Assembly (NCBI GenBank): GCA_038134505.1
Contig: JAYPVH010000008.1
Location: 13,567 to 77,566 of the forward strand
Direction: 5' to 3'
Source of the DNA: Halieaceae bacterium
Lineage (GTDB): Bacteria > Pseudomonadota > Gammaproteobacteria > Pseudomonadales > Halieaceae
DNA: 64,000 nt
The position numbers were made by a program, and so were the translations under genes. Positions 37,871 through 49,449 of this stretch are shown one piece after another. Numbering within the stretch: position 1 is the first letter of the stretch; each line of letters starts with the position of its first letter. The notes beneath the pieces are model-generated. The model made no database searches and was not told the DNA's origin. It saw only the letters and a list, made by a program, of their open reading frames with translations.

Positions 37871-38772
37871 GCCGGCGATCGGACGCCGCATAATAGCGTC
37901 CAGCCCTCAACGGTGTTGCTGCGGGTCAGTGCCACTTCAGGCAAGTAGGCGGTAATCAGTTCGTCAGCCTGTTCATCCAGCAAACCCGCGAGAAGAATCT
38001 TTGCTCCGGGCTTCATCAAGCGAATCAAGCGCTGGGATAACACCTTCAAAGGCCCTGCAAGGATATTCGCTACAACGATATCGGCGCTGCCGGCCCATTG
38101 ATCAATTTTCGGGTCATCGGGCATCATCACAGCCCATTGCGACGCCGACACCTGATTACGCTCCGCATTCACGAGGCTCGCCGTGATCGCCTGAGGATCA
38201 TTATCGACCCCCAACGCAAACCCAGCTCCCAGCTTCAACGCAGCGATCGCCAGAATGCCTGTGCCGCAACCAAAGTCGACAATGCGCATGCCCGGTTCGA
38301 CCCATCGATCGAGTGCACCTAAACACATTGCGGTGGTGGGATGCGTTCCCGTGCCGAACGCCAGGCCCGGATCGAGTAGCACGTTGACCGCCGAAGGATC
38401 TGGCGGCGGCGTCCAACTCGGACAAATCCACAATCGATCACCCATCTGCATTGGGTGATAATCCGCCATCCACGCATGCTCCCAAACCTGATCGGGGACC
38501 TCACGAACGTTAGCCGGAGCGCTCTCGATCAGCGATCGTGGAACTCGAGACGCGATATCATCGAGGGGAGCCGATATTGGGAACAGCGCAACGACCTGCA
38601 CGTCGCGCCACATCGGCGTCTCGCCAGGTCCCGGTTCGAGCAATGGTTGATCCGCATTGTCCTCAAGTGTGACCGCAACGGCGCCCTGTTCGAACAACCA
38701 ATCCTCAAGTGGTTCGACACGCGTGGCATCGGTCTCTAAACGGAGCTCTTGCCAACTGACCGCGTCGGTCAA
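37867..38772 (-). CDS. prmA: ribosomal protein L11 methyltransferase
   Basis: The SAM-binding motif [12 protein letters not shown] and the FGTGTHPTT motif are present. The TTG start overlaps the accC stop (TTGA). Confidence 0.93.
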   Translation of the reverse strand: MTDAVSWQELRLETDATRVEPLEDWLFEQGAVAVTLEDNADQPLLEPGPGETPMWRDVQVVALFPISAPLDDIASRVPRSLIESAPANVREVPDQVWEHAWMADYHPMQMGDRLWICPSWTPPPDPSAVNVLLDPGLAFGTGTHPTTAMCLGALDRWVEPGMRIVDFGCGTGILAIAALKLGAGFALGVDNDPQAITASLVNAERNQVSASQWAVMMPDDPKIDQWAGSADIVVANILAGPLKVLSQRLIRLMKPGAKILLAGLLDEQADELITAYLPEVALTRSNTVEGWTLLCGVRSPA

Positions 38773-40115
38773 TGCTCGTGTTCCAGCTTACTTTCTAGAT
38801 AGTGAATACTTACACCGCCCGCCATAAACGATGGGTCAACCACCAGTTCACGGTGCAGCGCGGCGTTGGTACGAATACCGTCGACAACCAGTTCGTCGAG
38901 CGCCTGACGCATTTTAGCCAGCGCCGTCGAACGATCATGGCCGTGCGTAATCAACTTGCCGATGAGACTGTCATAATGCGGCGGCACGGTGTAGCCGCTG
39001 TAAATATGAGAGTCGACCCGCACGCCGTTGCCCCCGGGGGCGTGAAAAGTTTTGATCTTCCCGGGAGACGGCAAAAAGTTTCTTGGATCCTCGGCATTAA
39101 TTCGGCACTCAATGGCGTGCCCGGAGAATGTGACATCTGACTGGCGAATCGAAAGCGGCTCACCCCCCGCGATCAGCAACTGTTCTCGGACAATATCGAT
39201 ACCGGTAATCATCTCAGTAACTGGGTGTTCAACCTGCACTCGGGTATTCATCTCGATGAAATAAAACTCGCCATCCTCAAACAAAAACTCAAATGTTCCA
39301 GCGCCGCGATATCCCATTTCGATACAAGCATTAACACATGACTGACCGATCGCCTCGCGCAGCTCATCGGAAATACCGGGGGCTGGCGCTTCCTCGATCA
39401 CTTTTTGATGACGACGCTGCAACGAGCAGTCGCGATCGCCCAGATGAATCGCATGGCCCTGTCCGTCGGCAAGTACTTGAATCTCCACATGGCGTGGTCG
39501 TTGCAAGAATTTTTCAATATAAACAACCGGCGAGCCAAAAGCGGCCATCGCTTCGCTTTGGGTGACCTTAATCGAACTCAGCAAGACTTCTTCGTTATGA
39601 ACCACCCGCATGCCGCGGCCCCCACCACCTGCCGCAGCCTTAACAATTACAGGATAGCCAATATCCCGCGCGATGCGCAGCACCTCACTAGGATCTTCAG
39701 GGACGGCGCCTTCAGAGCCGGGCACCGTTGGCACGCCGGATTTCTGCATGGTCTGTTTAGCTGTCACTTTGTCGCCCATCAACCGAATAGTCTCGGCTTT
39801 CGGGCCAATAAAGGCGAATCCGCTGTTCTCTACCTGCTCAGCGAAAGCCGCATTTTCTGACAAAAATCCATATCCGGGGTGAATCCCGTCGGCGTTAGTT
39901 ACCTCAGCTGCGCTAATAATCGCCGGCGCATTAAGATAGCTCTGCGCCGAGGGGGGCGGTCCAATACAGACAGCCTCATCAGCCAAACGCACATGTTTCA
40001 GCTCCCGGTCAGCTGTCGAGTGTACAGCGACCGTCGCGATCCCGAGTTCTTTACAGGCCCGAAGCACGCGCAGGGCAATCTCACCGCGGTTTGCAATTAA
40101 AACCTTTTCCAGCAT
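38769..40115 (-). CDS. accC: acetyl-CoA carboxylase, biotin carboxylase subunit
   Basis: [27 protein letters not shown]-terminus plus ATP-grasp motifs. Confidence 0.97.
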   Translation of the reverse strand: MLEKVLIANRGEIALRVLRACKELGIATVAVHSTADRELKHVRLADEAVCIGPPPSAQSYLNAPAIISAAEVTNADGIHPGYGFLSENAAFAEQVENSGFAFIGPKAETIRLMGDKVTAKQTMQKSGVPTVPGSEGAVPEDPSEVLRIARDIGYPVIVKAAAGGGGRGMRVVHNEEVLLSSIKVTQSEAMAAFGSPVVYIEKFLQRPRHVEIQVLADGQGHAIHLGDRDCSLQRRHQKVIEEAPAPGISDELREAIGQSCVNACIEMGYRGAGTFEFLFEDGEFYFIEMNTRVQVEHPVTEMITGIDIVREQLLIAGGEPLSIRQSDVTFSGHAIECRINAEDPRNFLPSPGKIKTFHAPGGNGVRVDSHIYSGYTVPPHYDSLIGKLITHGHDRSTALAKMRQALDELVVDGIRTNAALHRELVVDPSFMAGGVSIHYLESKLEHEH

Positions 40116-40158
40116 CCTTTGATGTCCTCAATCGAAGGTCTTCTACAGCACCACGTTG

Positions 40159-40635
40159 CTACGCAATGGTGATCAATGGCTGATCAAACTCAACCGGCTC
40201 GCCATTTTCGGCGTGGATTGCAGTCACCGTACCGGCTCGATCGGCCTCGATCTGGTTCATCATTTTCATCGCTTCTACGATACACAATACATCACCCACC
40301 CGGACGGTCTGACCGACCTCTACAAACGAGGGGGCGTCCGGACCAGGCGCGCGATAAAACGTACCGACCATGGGCGACAAGACAGCGTTGCCATCAACTG
40401 CAGGCGGCACGGCGGCCTCTGCTGAGGGCGCTGCGACCGGCGCGGGGGCTGGAGCCGGTGCAGCGGGCGCTACCGGTGCCGCGGGCGCTACCGGTGCCGC
40501 GTAGCTGACCGGCGCGGCAACATGGCTACTGTTGCGACTGATGCGAACGGACTCCTCGCCCTCTTTGATTTCGATTTCACCAATGTTCGACTCCTCGAGC
40601 AGTTCGATGAGCTTTTTGACCTTGCGAATATCCAT
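40159..40635 (-). CDS. accB: acetyl-CoA carboxylase biotin carboxyl carrier protein
   Basis: The biotinylation motif EAMKMMN follows an Ala/Pro-rich linker. Confidence 0.96.
   Translation of the reverse strand: MDIRKVKKLIELLEESNIGEIEIKEGEESVRISRNSSHVAAPVSYAAPVAPAAPVAPAAPAPAPAPVAAPSAEAAVPPAVDGNAVLSPMVGTFYRAPGPDAPSFVEVGQTVRVGDVLCIVEAMKMMNQIEADRAGTVTAIHAENGEPVEFDQPLITIA
40463..40498. repeat. perfect 2 x 18-bp tandem repeat inside the accB linker
   Basis: gcgggcgctaccggtgcc occurs at 40463-40480 and again at 40481-40498. It encodes the duplicated hexapeptide AAPVAP within the AccB Ala/Pro linker (minus strand). Confidence 0.95.
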
Positions 40636-40672
40636 AGCGGTTTCCCCAGAAGCTTTAACCGTTTTTGTTTAG

Positions 40673-41122
40673 CTAGCCTTTTTTACTTGAAAGGTGTTTG
40701 AGTGCTGCAGCGAGCGCACAGTCGTAGCCCAGACTACCCAAGCCGACGATCACGCCCTCTGCAATATCTGAAAAGTAGGAGTGGTGACGAAAGGCCTCGC
40801 GACGATGCACATTAGAGAGGTGAACCTCGATAAAGGGCACCTCGACCGCCGCCAAAGCATCGCGCAAGGCAATACTCGTGTGAGTGAATGCTGCCGGATT
40901 GATAATAATGAACTGCGTGCCATCGGTCCGCGCCGCCTGAACTCGGTCGACAAGGGCGTGCTCAGCATTGCTTTGGAACGCTTCAATGCTCACACCGGCA
41001 CGCGCAGCTTCGGCGCTGATCCGCGAGACAATGTCTTCCAGCGATTCAGCACCGTAAACAGCGGGCTCTCGAACACCCAAAAGATTCAAGTTCGGGCCGT
41101 TTAGCAGCAAAATTTCAGACAT
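40673..41122 (-). CDS. aroQ: type II 3-dehydroquinate dehydratase
   Basis: [22 protein letters not shown]-terminus and [15 protein letters not shown] motif. Confidence 0.95.
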   Translation of the reverse strand: MSEILLLNGPNLNLLGVREPAVYGAESLEDIVSRISAEAARAGVSIEAFQSNAEHALVDRVQAARTDGTQFIIINPAAFTHTSIALRDALAAVEVPFIEVHLSNVHRREAFRHHSYFSDIAEGVIVGLGSLGYDCALAAALKHLSSKKG

Positions 41123-41387
41123 TCGCGCGCTTTCTCCTCACGTCTGCGGTGGTCTCGTCGAGAATGCGGAGTGTGGCTTACTAGGACCGCACTGTCCACG
41201 AATAGTTCCCTTTACGGTACTTTTACTGGCATTTATCTGCTACTTCGGCTCATTTCGCTACAATCAACGGAGTTTGCTCAACGGGCTTTCGTGAACGCGC
41301 CATGACTCGCGCTGAGCAGATTTGGTGAAAAATTGATCAATCGACTTCACCCTCAGGCTGTGCTCACGTAGACTAGCGCATCGATTA

Positions 41388-42410
41388 ATGACCTGCTCAA
41401 CCCCCATGCGTATTGGTTCCTATCTGCTGCCCAACCCTGTCGCACTCGCCCCCATGGCCGGCGTCACAGATCTTCCGATGCGGGCGATGAGTGTTGCATG
41501 TGGCGCGGGTTATGCGATCGGCGAAATGGTGCACGCGGATCCACAATTCAACCAGACACGAAAATCGAGTCTACGCCGACAGCACGATGAAGATGCCGGA
41601 CTGCGAGTCACTCAAATCGTCGGCTTCAGTCCGAATATGCTCGCCGAAGCAGCACGGTTCAATGCCGATCAAGGCGCACAAGTCATTGACATCAATATGG
41701 GCTGCCCCGCTAAAAAAGTCTGTCGTCGGGCTGCCGGCTCCGCATTGCTTGCAGATACCCGGCTCGTAGCCGAAATTCTTCAAGCCGTCGTCGCTGCGGT
41801 CGACATTCCGGTGACATTGAAAATACGCACAGGTACGAACCGCGATCATCGCAATGCCGTCGAGGTCGCGCAGATTGCGGCTGACTCGGGGATTGCCCTA
41901 CTGAGCGTTCATGGCCGAACCCGTGCTGATCGCTTCCGAGGCGACGCGGAATACCAGACGATTCGCGATGTGGTGCAAGCGGTGGATATCCCAGTCTTGG
42001 CTAACGGCGATATCGACAGCGCCAGAAAAGCACAACAAGTGCTCGATTTCACCGGCGCCGCCGGCATCATGATTGGTCGTGCAGCCCAAGGTCGTCTCTG
42101 GCTACCCGGTTACATTGCCAAATGCCTTAATGGCGAATGGGTCACACCACCGAGTGTCGAGCAACAGTGTTACTGGATGGAACAGCATCTGCTTCGACTC
42201 CACGAATTCTATGGCCCTGAACACGGCGTTCTGTTTGCTCGCAAACACGTCGCCTGGTTTCTTGACAGCCTGCCCGAACTGAGCGAAGAAAATGACCAGC
42301 GGACTCAACGCCAGCGCTTTAATGCGCTATCATCTGCGTCCGCACAAATTTCTATGCTCAGCGCTTGGCAAGAAGCGTGGCGTAACCGACGGTACAGACC
42401 CGCAGCATGA
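41388..42410 (+). CDS. dusB: tRNA-dihydrouridine synthase B
   Basis: LAPMAGVTDLPMR and DINMGCPAKKV motifs. Start is ATG 41388 or ATG 41406. Confidence 0.93.
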   Translation: MTCSTPMRIGSYLLPNPVALAPMAGVTDLPMRAMSVACGAGYAIGEMVHADPQFNQTRKSSLRRQHDEDAGLRVTQIVGFSPNMLAEAARFNADQGAQVIDINMGCPAKKVCRRAAGSALLADTRLVAEILQAVVAAVDIPVTLKIRTGTNRDHRNAVEVAQIAADSGIALLSVHGRTRADRFRGDAEYQTIRDVVQAVDIPVLANGDIDSARKAQQVLDFTGAAGIMIGRAAQGRLWLPGYIAKCLNGEWVTPPSVEQQCYWMEQHLLRLHEFYGPEHGVLFARKHVAWFLDSLPELSEENDQRTQRQRFNALSSASAQISMLSAWQEAWRNRRYRPAA

Positions 42411-42775
42411 CACCTCCTTCCCATACTTCCGAGAAAGGCAAAACCAAGAACGCTGCTGCGCCATCAGCAAGCAAGCTCAGCACGACTGGCGACACATTGC
42501 GCATATGTACTGAGCGGGCGATCTCAGACTTCTTCTCTCAGCTTGACGGCGAGACCTGTTCCGACCTTTACGAATTGGTGCTCGCGCAAGTGGAGCAACC
42601 CCTACTGAGGGCAGTACTTGACTACACCCAAGGCAACCAAAGCAAAGCCGCCGAAATTTTGGGCGTGAATCGCGGCACCTTGCGCACCAAACTGCGACAG
42701 TATGGTCTGATGACGACCCCGCCAAAAAAACACACCCGCACGCGCAAGCATTCAACGACAAGGAAACCTTCATGA
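42407..42775 (+). CDS. fis: DNA-binding protein Fis with extended N-terminus and a basic C-terminal tail
   Basis: [49 protein letters not shown] aligns with E. coli Fis helices B-D. ATGA coupling to dusB. 21 extra C-terminal residues ([21 protein letters not shown]). Confidence 0.92.
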   Translation: MTPPSHTSEKGKTKNAAAPSASKLSTTGDTLRICTERAISDFFSQLDGETCSDLYELVLAQVEQPLLRAVLDYTQGNQSKAAEILGVNRGTLRTKLRQYGLMTTPPKKHTRTRKHSTTRKPS

Positions 42776-44346
42776 CGAACTCTCAGTTGGCACCTGTACG
42801 CCGCGCATTGATCAGTGTGTCCGACAAAACAGGCATCATCGAGTTTGCGACTGCACTTGCCGCGCGTGGTGTCGCTGTTCTATCGACTGGCGGGACCTGT
42901 CGTCTGTTAGCGGACGCCGGAGTAGCCGTCACGGAAGTCTCTGATTACACAGGCTTCCCTGAAATGATGGACGGGCGCGTGAAAACACTGCACCCCAAGA
43001 TCCATGGTGGCGTTCTTGGCCGGCGGGGTATCGATGACGAAGTGATGGCGTCACATGGCATCGATGCGATCGACTTAGTGGTGGTCAACCTTTATCCCTT
43101 CGAAGCGACCGTCGCCGATCCTAACTGCGCGCTCGAAGACGCCATCGAAAATATCGATATTGGCGGCCCCACGATGGTTCGCGCCGCGGCGAAAAATCAT
43201 CGTGATGTCACAATAGTCGTCAATAGTGGTGACTACACACGTGTGTTGGATGAGCTTGATCAGCACGACGGCTGCACCACCCTAGAGACTCGATTCGACT
43301 TGGCAATACGTGCCTATGAACACACGGCAGCCTATGATGGCGCGATTGCCAACTGGTTTGGACAACGTCTTGGCGCAGAGACAACGAACTTCCCAAGAAC
43401 TTTCAATCTGCAGCTCGAAAAAGTGCAGGAAATGCGCTATGGCGAGAACCCGCACCAAAATGCCGCGTTCTACCGTGAGCGAAATCCGGCAGAGATTGGC
43501 ATCAGCACCGCTGTTCAGATTCAAGGCAAGGCGCTGTCTTACAACAATGTCGCCGATACCGATGCGGCCTTAGAGTGCGTTAAAAATTTCGACGCGCCAG
43601 CCTGCGTGATCGTCAAGCATGCCAACCCCTGCGGCGTAGCCGTTGCCGACGATATCAACATCGCCTATGAGCGAGCCTTTGAAACCGACCCAGAGTCTGC
43701 CTTCGGCGGGATTATCGCCTTTAACCGAGAGCTCGATGAGCACACTGCGCAAAGCATTGTCGATCGCCAGTTCGTGGAGGTGATCATCGCTCCATCCGTT
43801 TCGGAGTCAGCGGCCGAGGTGGTTGCGGCCAAACAAAACGTACGACTGCTCACAACGGGCCAGTGGGCTTCGCCGCGACCGGCCCTTGATTTTAAACGAG
43901 TCAATGGTGGCCTTCTCGTTCAAGACCGCGACGATGGAATGATCGAGCGCGCGGGGTTGACCACCGTGACCGATCGCCAGCCCACCGATCAAGAGTGGAG
44001 TGATTTATTATTTGCTTGGAAAGTGGCAAAGTTCGTGAAGTCCAATGCCATCGTTTACGCATCCGGCAATCGCACCGTGGGTGTCGGTGCAGGCCAAATG
44101 TCGCGGGTGAATTCTGCGCGAATCGCCGCGATTAAAGCAGAGCACGCGGGGCTGCAGGTGCAGGGCGCGGTCATGGCATCCGACGCATTTTTCCCTTTCC
44201 GCGATGGAATCGACAACGCCGCCGAGCGTGGTATTGCGGCGGTCATCCAACCGGGCGGCTCAATTCGAGACGAGGAAGTCATTGCTGCTGCTAATGAGGC
44301 CGGTATCGCAATGGTCTTCACTGGAATGCGCCACTTCAGACACTAA
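42772..44346 (+). CDS. purH: bifunctional AICAR transformylase / IMP cyclohydrolase
   Basis: [12 protein letters not shown]...STGGT...[13 protein letters not shown]-terminal MGS-like domain. 524 aa. Confidence 0.97.
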   Translation: MTNSQLAPVRRALISVSDKTGIIEFATALAARGVAVLSTGGTCRLLADAGVAVTEVSDYTGFPEMMDGRVKTLHPKIHGGVLGRRGIDDEVMASHGIDAIDLVVVNLYPFEATVADPNCALEDAIENIDIGGPTMVRAAAKNHRDVTIVVNSGDYTRVLDELDQHDGCTTLETRFDLAIRAYEHTAAYDGAIANWFGQRLGAETTNFPRTFNLQLEKVQEMRYGENPHQNAAFYRERNPAEIGISTAVQIQGKALSYNNVADTDAALECVKNFDAPACVIVKHANPCGVAVADDINIAYERAFETDPESAFGGIIAFNRELDEHTAQSIVDRQFVEVIIAPSVSESAAEVVAAKQNVRLLTTGQWASPRPALDFKRVNGGLLVQDRDDGMIERAGLTTVTDRQPTDQEWSDLLFAWKVAKFVKSNAIVYASGNRTVGVGAGQMSRVNSARIAAIKAEHAGLQVQGAVMASDAFFPFRDGIDNAAERGIAAVIQPGGSIRDEEVIAAANEAGIAMVFTGMRHFRH

Positions 44347-44402
44347 ACTCTCGATCCCTCGGTGGCACGCCGAAGAATCGCTTCACTCAACAGGCAGAGT
44401 TC

Positions 44403-45698
44403 ATGAATATTTTGGTCATCGGCAGCGGCGGCAGAGAACACGCGCTGGCATGGAAGTTAGCCCAAGGCGATCATGTTGAAACCGTCTTTGTCGCGCCAGG
44501 CAATGCGGGCACCCAGCGCGAGCGAGGCGTCGCGAACGTCGCTATTGATCCAATGGATTTCGACGCACTCATTGCCTTTGTTCGGGACAACGACTGTGGT
44601 CTAACAGTGGTGGGCCCGGAAGCACCGCTCGTCGCAGGCATAGTCGATCGATTTGAATCTCAAGGTCTGGCCTGTTTTGGACCGCGCGCTGGCGCCGCTC
44701 AGCTCGAGGGATCAAAGGCATTCACCAAAGACTTTCTCGCACGGCACAATATTCCAACAGCATTCTACGAGGTGTTTACCGAGATTGAGCCTGCGCTCGC
44801 TTACGTACGAGAGCACGGCGCGCCCATCGTCATTAAAGCCGACGGATTAGCTGCGGGCAAAGGGGTTATCGTCGCAGAAACGCTTAAAGAGGCGGAAGCC
44901 GCGGTGACTGATATGTTGGCTGACAACAAATTCGGTGATGCGGGCGCCCGCGTTGTAATCGAAGAGTTTCTGTCTGGTGAAGAGGCTAGCTTCATCGTGA
45001 TGGTCGATGGCAAAAACTGCTTACCCATGGCCACGAGTCAAGATCACAAACGCATTGGCGATGGTGACACCGGCCCTAACACGGGCGGGATGGGCGCTTA
45101 TTCACCCGCGCCTGTTGTCACCGCCGAGGTCTACGACCGGATTATGTGCGAGGTGGTCGAGCCCACGATTGCCGGTATGGCTGCCGAAGGAAATACCTAT
45201 GTCGGTTTTCTCTATGCAGGCCTGATGATCGACGCTGCTGGCGCACCCAAAGTGATCGAATACAACTGCCGCTTTGGCGACCCCGAAACACAACCGATCA
45301 TGATGCGATTGAGAAGTGATCTGAGCCAACTGTGCCTGGCCGCACTCGAAGGTGCGCTCAATCAATGGACTGTGGCCTGGGATCCGCGCGCCGCGCTTGG
45401 CGTCGTGTTGGCCGCTGAAGGCTATCCCGGCGACTATGCCAAGGGTGCCATCATTAGCGGATTGGAGCGCGCCGATAGCGACAGCGTAAAAGTGTTTCAC
45501 GCCGGTACTGGCGAGCGCGACGGCAAGGTTGTCTCAACCGGTGGTCGCGTCCTCTGTGTCACCGCACTCGGTGACACCATTGCCACAGCACAACAACAAG
45601 CCTACAGTGGGACAGAGGCGATCGACTGGCCGGGCATGACCTTTCGACGCGACATCGGCTGGAGAGCGATCCAGCGAGATCAGAAGATTACGGGGTAA
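44403..45698 (+). CDS. purD: phosphoribosylamine--glycine ligase
   Basis: MNILVIGSGGREHALAWKL N-terminus and ATP-grasp core. Confidence 0.97.
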   Translation: MNILVIGSGGREHALAWKLAQGDHVETVFVAPGNAGTQRERGVANVAIDPMDFDALIAFVRDNDCGLTVVGPEAPLVAGIVDRFESQGLACFGPRAGAAQLEGSKAFTKDFLARHNIPTAFYEVFTEIEPALAYVREHGAPIVIKADGLAAGKGVIVAETLKEAEAAVTDMLADNKFGDAGARVVIEEFLSGEEASFIVMVDGKNCLPMATSQDHKRIGDGDTGPNTGGMGAYSPAPVVTAEVYDRIMCEVVEPTIAGMAAEGNTYVGFLYAGLMIDAAGAPKVIEYNCRFGDPETQPIMMRLRSDLSQLCLAALEGALNQWTVAWDPRAALGVVLAAEGYPGDYAKGAIISGLERADSDSVKVFHAGTGERDGKVVSTGGRVLCVTALGDTIATAQQQAYSGTEAIDWPGMTFRRDIGWRAIQRDQKITG

Positions 45699-45702
45699 CA
45701 CC

Positions 45703-46347
45703 ATGTCGCACCGAACACTGTCTCCCATCGATCGATTCGTTGTTCGCGCTGATGCAATCTTGCGGCAGGTCACAACCGGACGGCCCCAGCCGCAGAGAGC
45801 CTCCCCGGCAGCCTCCCATGATGAACCGGCACTGCGAGACGATGAGCGCCGCCATGCTGCTGGTTTGATGCGCGTGAACCATACGGGAGAAGTCTGTGCC
45901 CAAGCCCTCTATCAGGGGCAAGCGCTGCTCGCTCGGGAAACCGAAACACGCAACAATCTTCTCGACGCGGCGCAAGAAGAAATCGATCATCTCGCTTGGT
46001 GTGAAGAGCGCCTTGCCGAACTCGATGCCAAACCTTCCGCACTCAACCCGCTGTTTTACGGCATGTCCTTTGCGATCGGTGTCGCCACCGCTGCGGCCGG
46101 CGATCGGATTAGTCTCGGCTTTGTCCACGCCACCGAAGAGAGAGTAGCCAGCCACCTGCGCGAGCATCTGCAAAAACTGCCTGCAGAGGACCGCAAGTCA
46201 CAGCTGATCCTGCAACAAATGTTAGTCGATGAGCAGCGTCATGGTGAGCACGCCTTGGCACAGGGTGGCGAGGAGTTTTCTCGTCGCGCCAAAGATTGGA
46301 TGACGCGGATCTCTAAGTTGATGACCGACACCACCTACTGGATCTAA
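45703..46347 (+). CDS. coq7: demethoxyubiquinone hydroxylase (Coq7 family di-iron monooxygenase)
   Basis: RVNHTGEVCAQALYQGQ and the paired ExxH motifs (EEIDH, DEQRH) are present. Confidence 0.9.
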   Translation: MSHRTLSPIDRFVVRADAILRQVTTGRPQPQRASPAASHDEPALRDDERRHAAGLMRVNHTGEVCAQALYQGQALLARETETRNNLLDAAQEEIDHLAWCEERLAELDAKPSALNPLFYGMSFAIGVATAAAGDRISLGFVHATEERVASHLREHLQKLPAEDRKSQLILQQMLVDEQRHGEHALAQGGEEFSRRAKDWMTRISKLMTDTTYWI

Positions 46348-46773
46348 CTAAGCTACCGCCTCCACCACCTCAAAGGTATGCGTCACTGCGACACCCGCCG
46401 CGGCCATCATAATCGACGCAGAGCAGTATTTTTCCGCCGACAGCTCAACGGCACGTCGAACCTGCGGCTCACGTAGTTCGCGACCCGTCACGACAAAATG
46501 GAGATTCACTGCTGTGAAAACAGCCGGAACCGCATCAGCTCGTTCCGCCTGAAGTTCGACTCTGCAGCCCGTGACATCCTGACGAGACTTTTTTAACATG
46601 CTGACGACGTCATAAATCGCACAGCCGCCCGTGCCCAACAAGATCATTTCCATTGGGCGAGGAGCGAGGTTTCGACCACCCAAATCTTCCGGACCATCCA
46701 TTGCCACAGTGTGCCCGCTGCCGGACTCGCCAACAAACATCGCACCATCCAACCACTTGACTACGCCCTTCAT
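46348..46773 (-). CDS. OsmC-family protein
   Basis: 141 aa with two conserved Cys contexts (GGCAIYD, KYCSAS) typical of OsmC/Ohr-like proteins. Confidence 0.8.
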   Translation of the reverse strand: MKGVVKWLDGAMFVGESGSGHTVAMDGPEDLGGRNLAPRPMEMILLGTGGCAIYDVVSMLKKSRQDVTGCRVELQAERADAVPAVFTAVNLHFVVTGRELREPQVRRAVELSAEKYCSASIMMAAAGVAVTHTFEVVEAVA

Positions 46774-46856
46774 GAATCGCTCCGAACCTTATGGGGGAAG
46801 CGAGACTAACACCTTGCGCGCGTAGACTGAAGCTGTGATATTCTGGAATACGGTCG

Positions 46857-47546
46857 ATGCCTTATTCATTAGCAACGAGAACACCCATGAATTCACAGAT
46901 GAATCGCAGGTTACCCGACGCAGAGTCGTTTCTGCGCTACTGCGAGACCTTCAAAATCAAGGCTAGGAGCACCTTGGTCAGTCGCGGAGATGCCGCAGAT
47001 TCTCTGTTTTTGTTACTTGATGGCTCAATCTCAGTGGTCGTCGATGACGACGATCATGACAGTGAGCAGCAGATGGTAGTCAGCTATCTCAATGCCGGCG
47101 ATTTTTTGGGTGAGATGGGCCTTTTCGGAGAGACGGAGCGGACAGCCACGCTCATTGCACGCAGCGATTGTGAAATTGCGGCAATCTCCTATGAGCGATT
47201 CCAGCAAGTGCGAAGTCAGTTCCCTGAGATCGTCTTTGCGCTGATGACTCAGATCGGATTGCGGCTACGGGAGACGACGCAACGCCTCGCCGACCTTACT
47301 TTTATCGACGTCAGCGGCCGCATACGACGGGCGCTCTTCAGTCTTTCGGGCCAGCCTGATGCCATGACACACCCTGATGGCATCCAAATCAGAGTCACTC
47401 GTCAAGAACTAGGGAAGCTAGTCGGTTGCTCTCGCGAAATGGCTGGCCGCGTGCTGAAAGCGCTGGAGGAAGAGGGTATTGTGAGTGTCTCAGGCAAGAC
47501 CATCGTGATTCAGAGCCAGCGCCAAGACGACAAGCCTGCAGCGTAA
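46857..47546 (+). CDS. crp: cAMP receptor protein (Crp/Vfr family transcription factor)
   Basis: cNMP-binding core YLNAGDFLGEMGLFGE..ERTA and the C-terminal HTH VTRQELGKLVGCSREMAGRVLKALEEEG are close to Vfr/CRP. The start may be 46857, 46887 or 46899. Confidence 0.92.
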   Translation: MPYSLATRTPMNSQMNRRLPDAESFLRYCETFKIKARSTLVSRGDAADSLFLLLDGSISVVVDDDDHDSEQQMVVSYLNAGDFLGEMGLFGETERTATLIARSDCEIAAISYERFQQVRSQFPEIVFALMTQIGLRLRETTQRLADLTFIDVSGRIRRALFSLSGQPDAMTHPDGIQIRVTRQELGKLVGCSREMAGRVLKALEEEGIVSVSGKTIVIQSQRQDDKPAA

Positions 47547-47553
47547 ATACCGT

Positions 47554-48369
47554 TCACACCGAGTTGCTAAAGAGCGCTTCTAGCGCCTCCCCTGCGTGGG
47601 GTGCGCGCATGAAGGCCTCCCCAATTAAAAAAGTATTCACACCTGCACCTCGCATCAGCGCAATGTCTTCGCGAGTGTGAATGCCGCTCTCGGTGACAAC
47701 CTGAATGCCCTCAGGAATGTCCGCAAGTAGCGATAAGGTCGTCTCAAGCCGTGTATCAAAAGTGTGCAAATCGCGGTTGTTAATACCGATCAAGTCTGAA
47801 CCCAAAGTCAAAGCCTCGGCGAGCTCTGCGGCGTCGTGGACCTCAACTAGCACATCGAGGCCGACCTCCGTTGCGCACTGATACAGATCTTTCAGCAGGG
47901 GTAATTCAAGGCACGCGACAATCAACAAAATCGCATCAGCACCTAGCGCTCGCGCCTCCCAGATCTGATAGGGATCCAGGGTAAAGTCCTTGCGCAGAAC
48001 GGGTAGCTCGCAGGCTGCGCGCGCCTGCTGAAGGTATACGTCGGCACCTTGAAAGAAATCGACATCGGTCAACACAGAAAGGCATGTTGCACCCGCCGAC
48101 TCATACTGCTCAGCAATCTCTGCGGGCCTAAAATCGGCGCGGATTATTCCCTTGCTGGGACTCGCCTTTTTTACCTCAGCAATGACCGCCGCTTGCCGCC
48201 GCATTTGTTGTTGAGCTAGCGCGTGACGAAATCCACGCGCGGGCATTTGACGCTCAGCAAGAGCCCGTACTACATGCAATGGCTGCTGTGCTTGGCGCTC
48301 GTCAATCTCCTCACGCTTGCGATCGAAAATGCGACGCAATACGGTCGGTGCTGTCAGCTTTTGGCTCAT
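47554..48369 (-). CDS. trpC: indole-3-glycerol phosphate synthase
   Basis: [12 protein letters not shown] and INNRDLHTF motifs. Confidence 0.95.
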   Translation of the reverse strand: MSQKLTAPTVLRRIFDRKREEIDERQAQQPLHVVRALAERQMPARGFRHALAQQQMRRQAAVIAEVKKASPSKGIIRADFRPAEIAEQYESAGATCLSVLTDVDFFQGADVYLQQARAACELPVLRKDFTLDPYQIWEARALGADAILLIVACLELPLLKDLYQCATEVGLDVLVEVHDAAELAEALTLGSDLIGINNRDLHTFDTRLETTLSLLADIPEGIQVVTESGIHTREDIALMRGAGVNTFLIGEAFMRAPHAGEALEALFSNSV

Positions 48370-49409
48370 GGCGTCTCCGCCGAGAGGCCTTGCGTATAGG
48401 CGACAAAGTTTTCCATCACTTCCATCGCCTGGCCCGTTGCGATCAGGTCATCAGCCAGCTCAATACCTGAGCGCAACGAAGTCGTGACCCCCGAGACATA
48501 AATCCCTGCACCTGCATTGAGCGCAATCATCGAGCGCGCCTTATCTGCGGCCTGACCGGGCTCACCACCGAGAGCCGCTCGTATGAGATCGGCCGAGTCC
48601 TGAGACGATTCCACCACTAGGGCTGCCAAATCATCGTGTTGATGATCATAGTCGGCTGGTGAGATCACGAATTTTTCGACCTTGCCATCTTGCAGCTCCC
48701 ACACACTGGTGGGCGCCGCAATCGAGATCTCGTCAAGACCATCATGACTGTGAACGACAAGCGCATGCTTTGATCCCAGCTTACCCAAAGCCTCGGCCAT
48801 AGCCTGGCCGAGCTCCGCATTGAAAAGCCCTAGCACCTGACGCTCCACGAATGCCGGGTTGGTCATCGGTCCCAGCAAATTAAAAAGCGTTCGCATGCCC
48901 AGCTCTCTACGGGGTCCAATAGCATGCTTCATCGCGCTGTGATGCGCGGGCGCAAACATAAACCCCACACCGATCTCATCGATACAGCGTGCGATCTGCT
49001 CAGGGGCGAGTGCCAAATTAACGCCTAGGGTTTCCAAGACATCGGAGGAGCCGCTCGAGCTCGAGACTGATCGGTTACCGTGTTTGGCGACACGTCCACC
49101 CGCAGCGGCTACAACAAAGGTCGAGGCCGTCGAGACATTAAACAGATTGGCCCCATCGCCTCCCGTGCCCACCAAGTCGATCAAATGGTCCTGTGCGACA
49201 TGAACGCGGGTCACTAAACTGCGCATCGCCTCAGCTGCGCCAACAATTTCATCGATAGTCTCTCCGCGCAAACGCAAGGCGACCAACATGGCGCCAATTT
49301 GCGCCGGCGTGGCCTCCCCCGTCATCACCTGCCCCATGACCGCGCGCATGTCTTCCCGAGAAAGCGATTCCCCGTCGACCCACTGTTGCAGTGCTTGTTG
49401 AATATCCAT
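48366..49409 (-). CDS. trpD: anthranilate phosphoribosyltransferase
   Basis: [17 protein letters not shown] and KHGNRSVSS motifs. Confidence 0.95.
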   Translation of the reverse strand: MDIQQALQQWVDGESLSREDMRAVMGQVMTGEATPAQIGAMLVALRLRGETIDEIVGAAEAMRSLVTRVHVAQDHLIDLVGTGGDGANLFNVSTASTFVVAAAGGRVAKHGNRSVSSSSGSSDVLETLGVNLALAPEQIARCIDEIGVGFMFAPAHHSAMKHAIGPRRELGMRTLFNLLGPMTNPAFVERQVLGLFNAELGQAMAEALGKLGSKHALVVHSHDGLDEISIAAPTSVWELQDGKVEKFVISPADYDHQHDDLAALVVESSQDSADLIRAALGGEPGQAADKARSMIALNAGAGIYVSGVTTSLRSGIELADDLIATGQAMEVMENFVAYTQGLSAETP

Positions 49410-49449
49410 CGGCTCTACCCTTTAAGATCACTATCATCGCGACCGCTGA

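Noticed and set aside
40463-40498. A perfect 2 x 18-bp tandem repeat, considered as a possible regulatory or CRISPR-like element.
   Set aside because: It lies inside accB and simply duplicates the hexapeptide AAPVAP in the flexible Ala/Pro linker of BCCP. There are only two units and no spacers.
46834-46855. A TGTGA half-site upstream of crp, considered as a CRP autoregulatory site.
   Set aside because: Only one half-site (tgtga at 46834-46838) is present. The partner six bases downstream reads gaata rather than TCACA, which is too weak to call.
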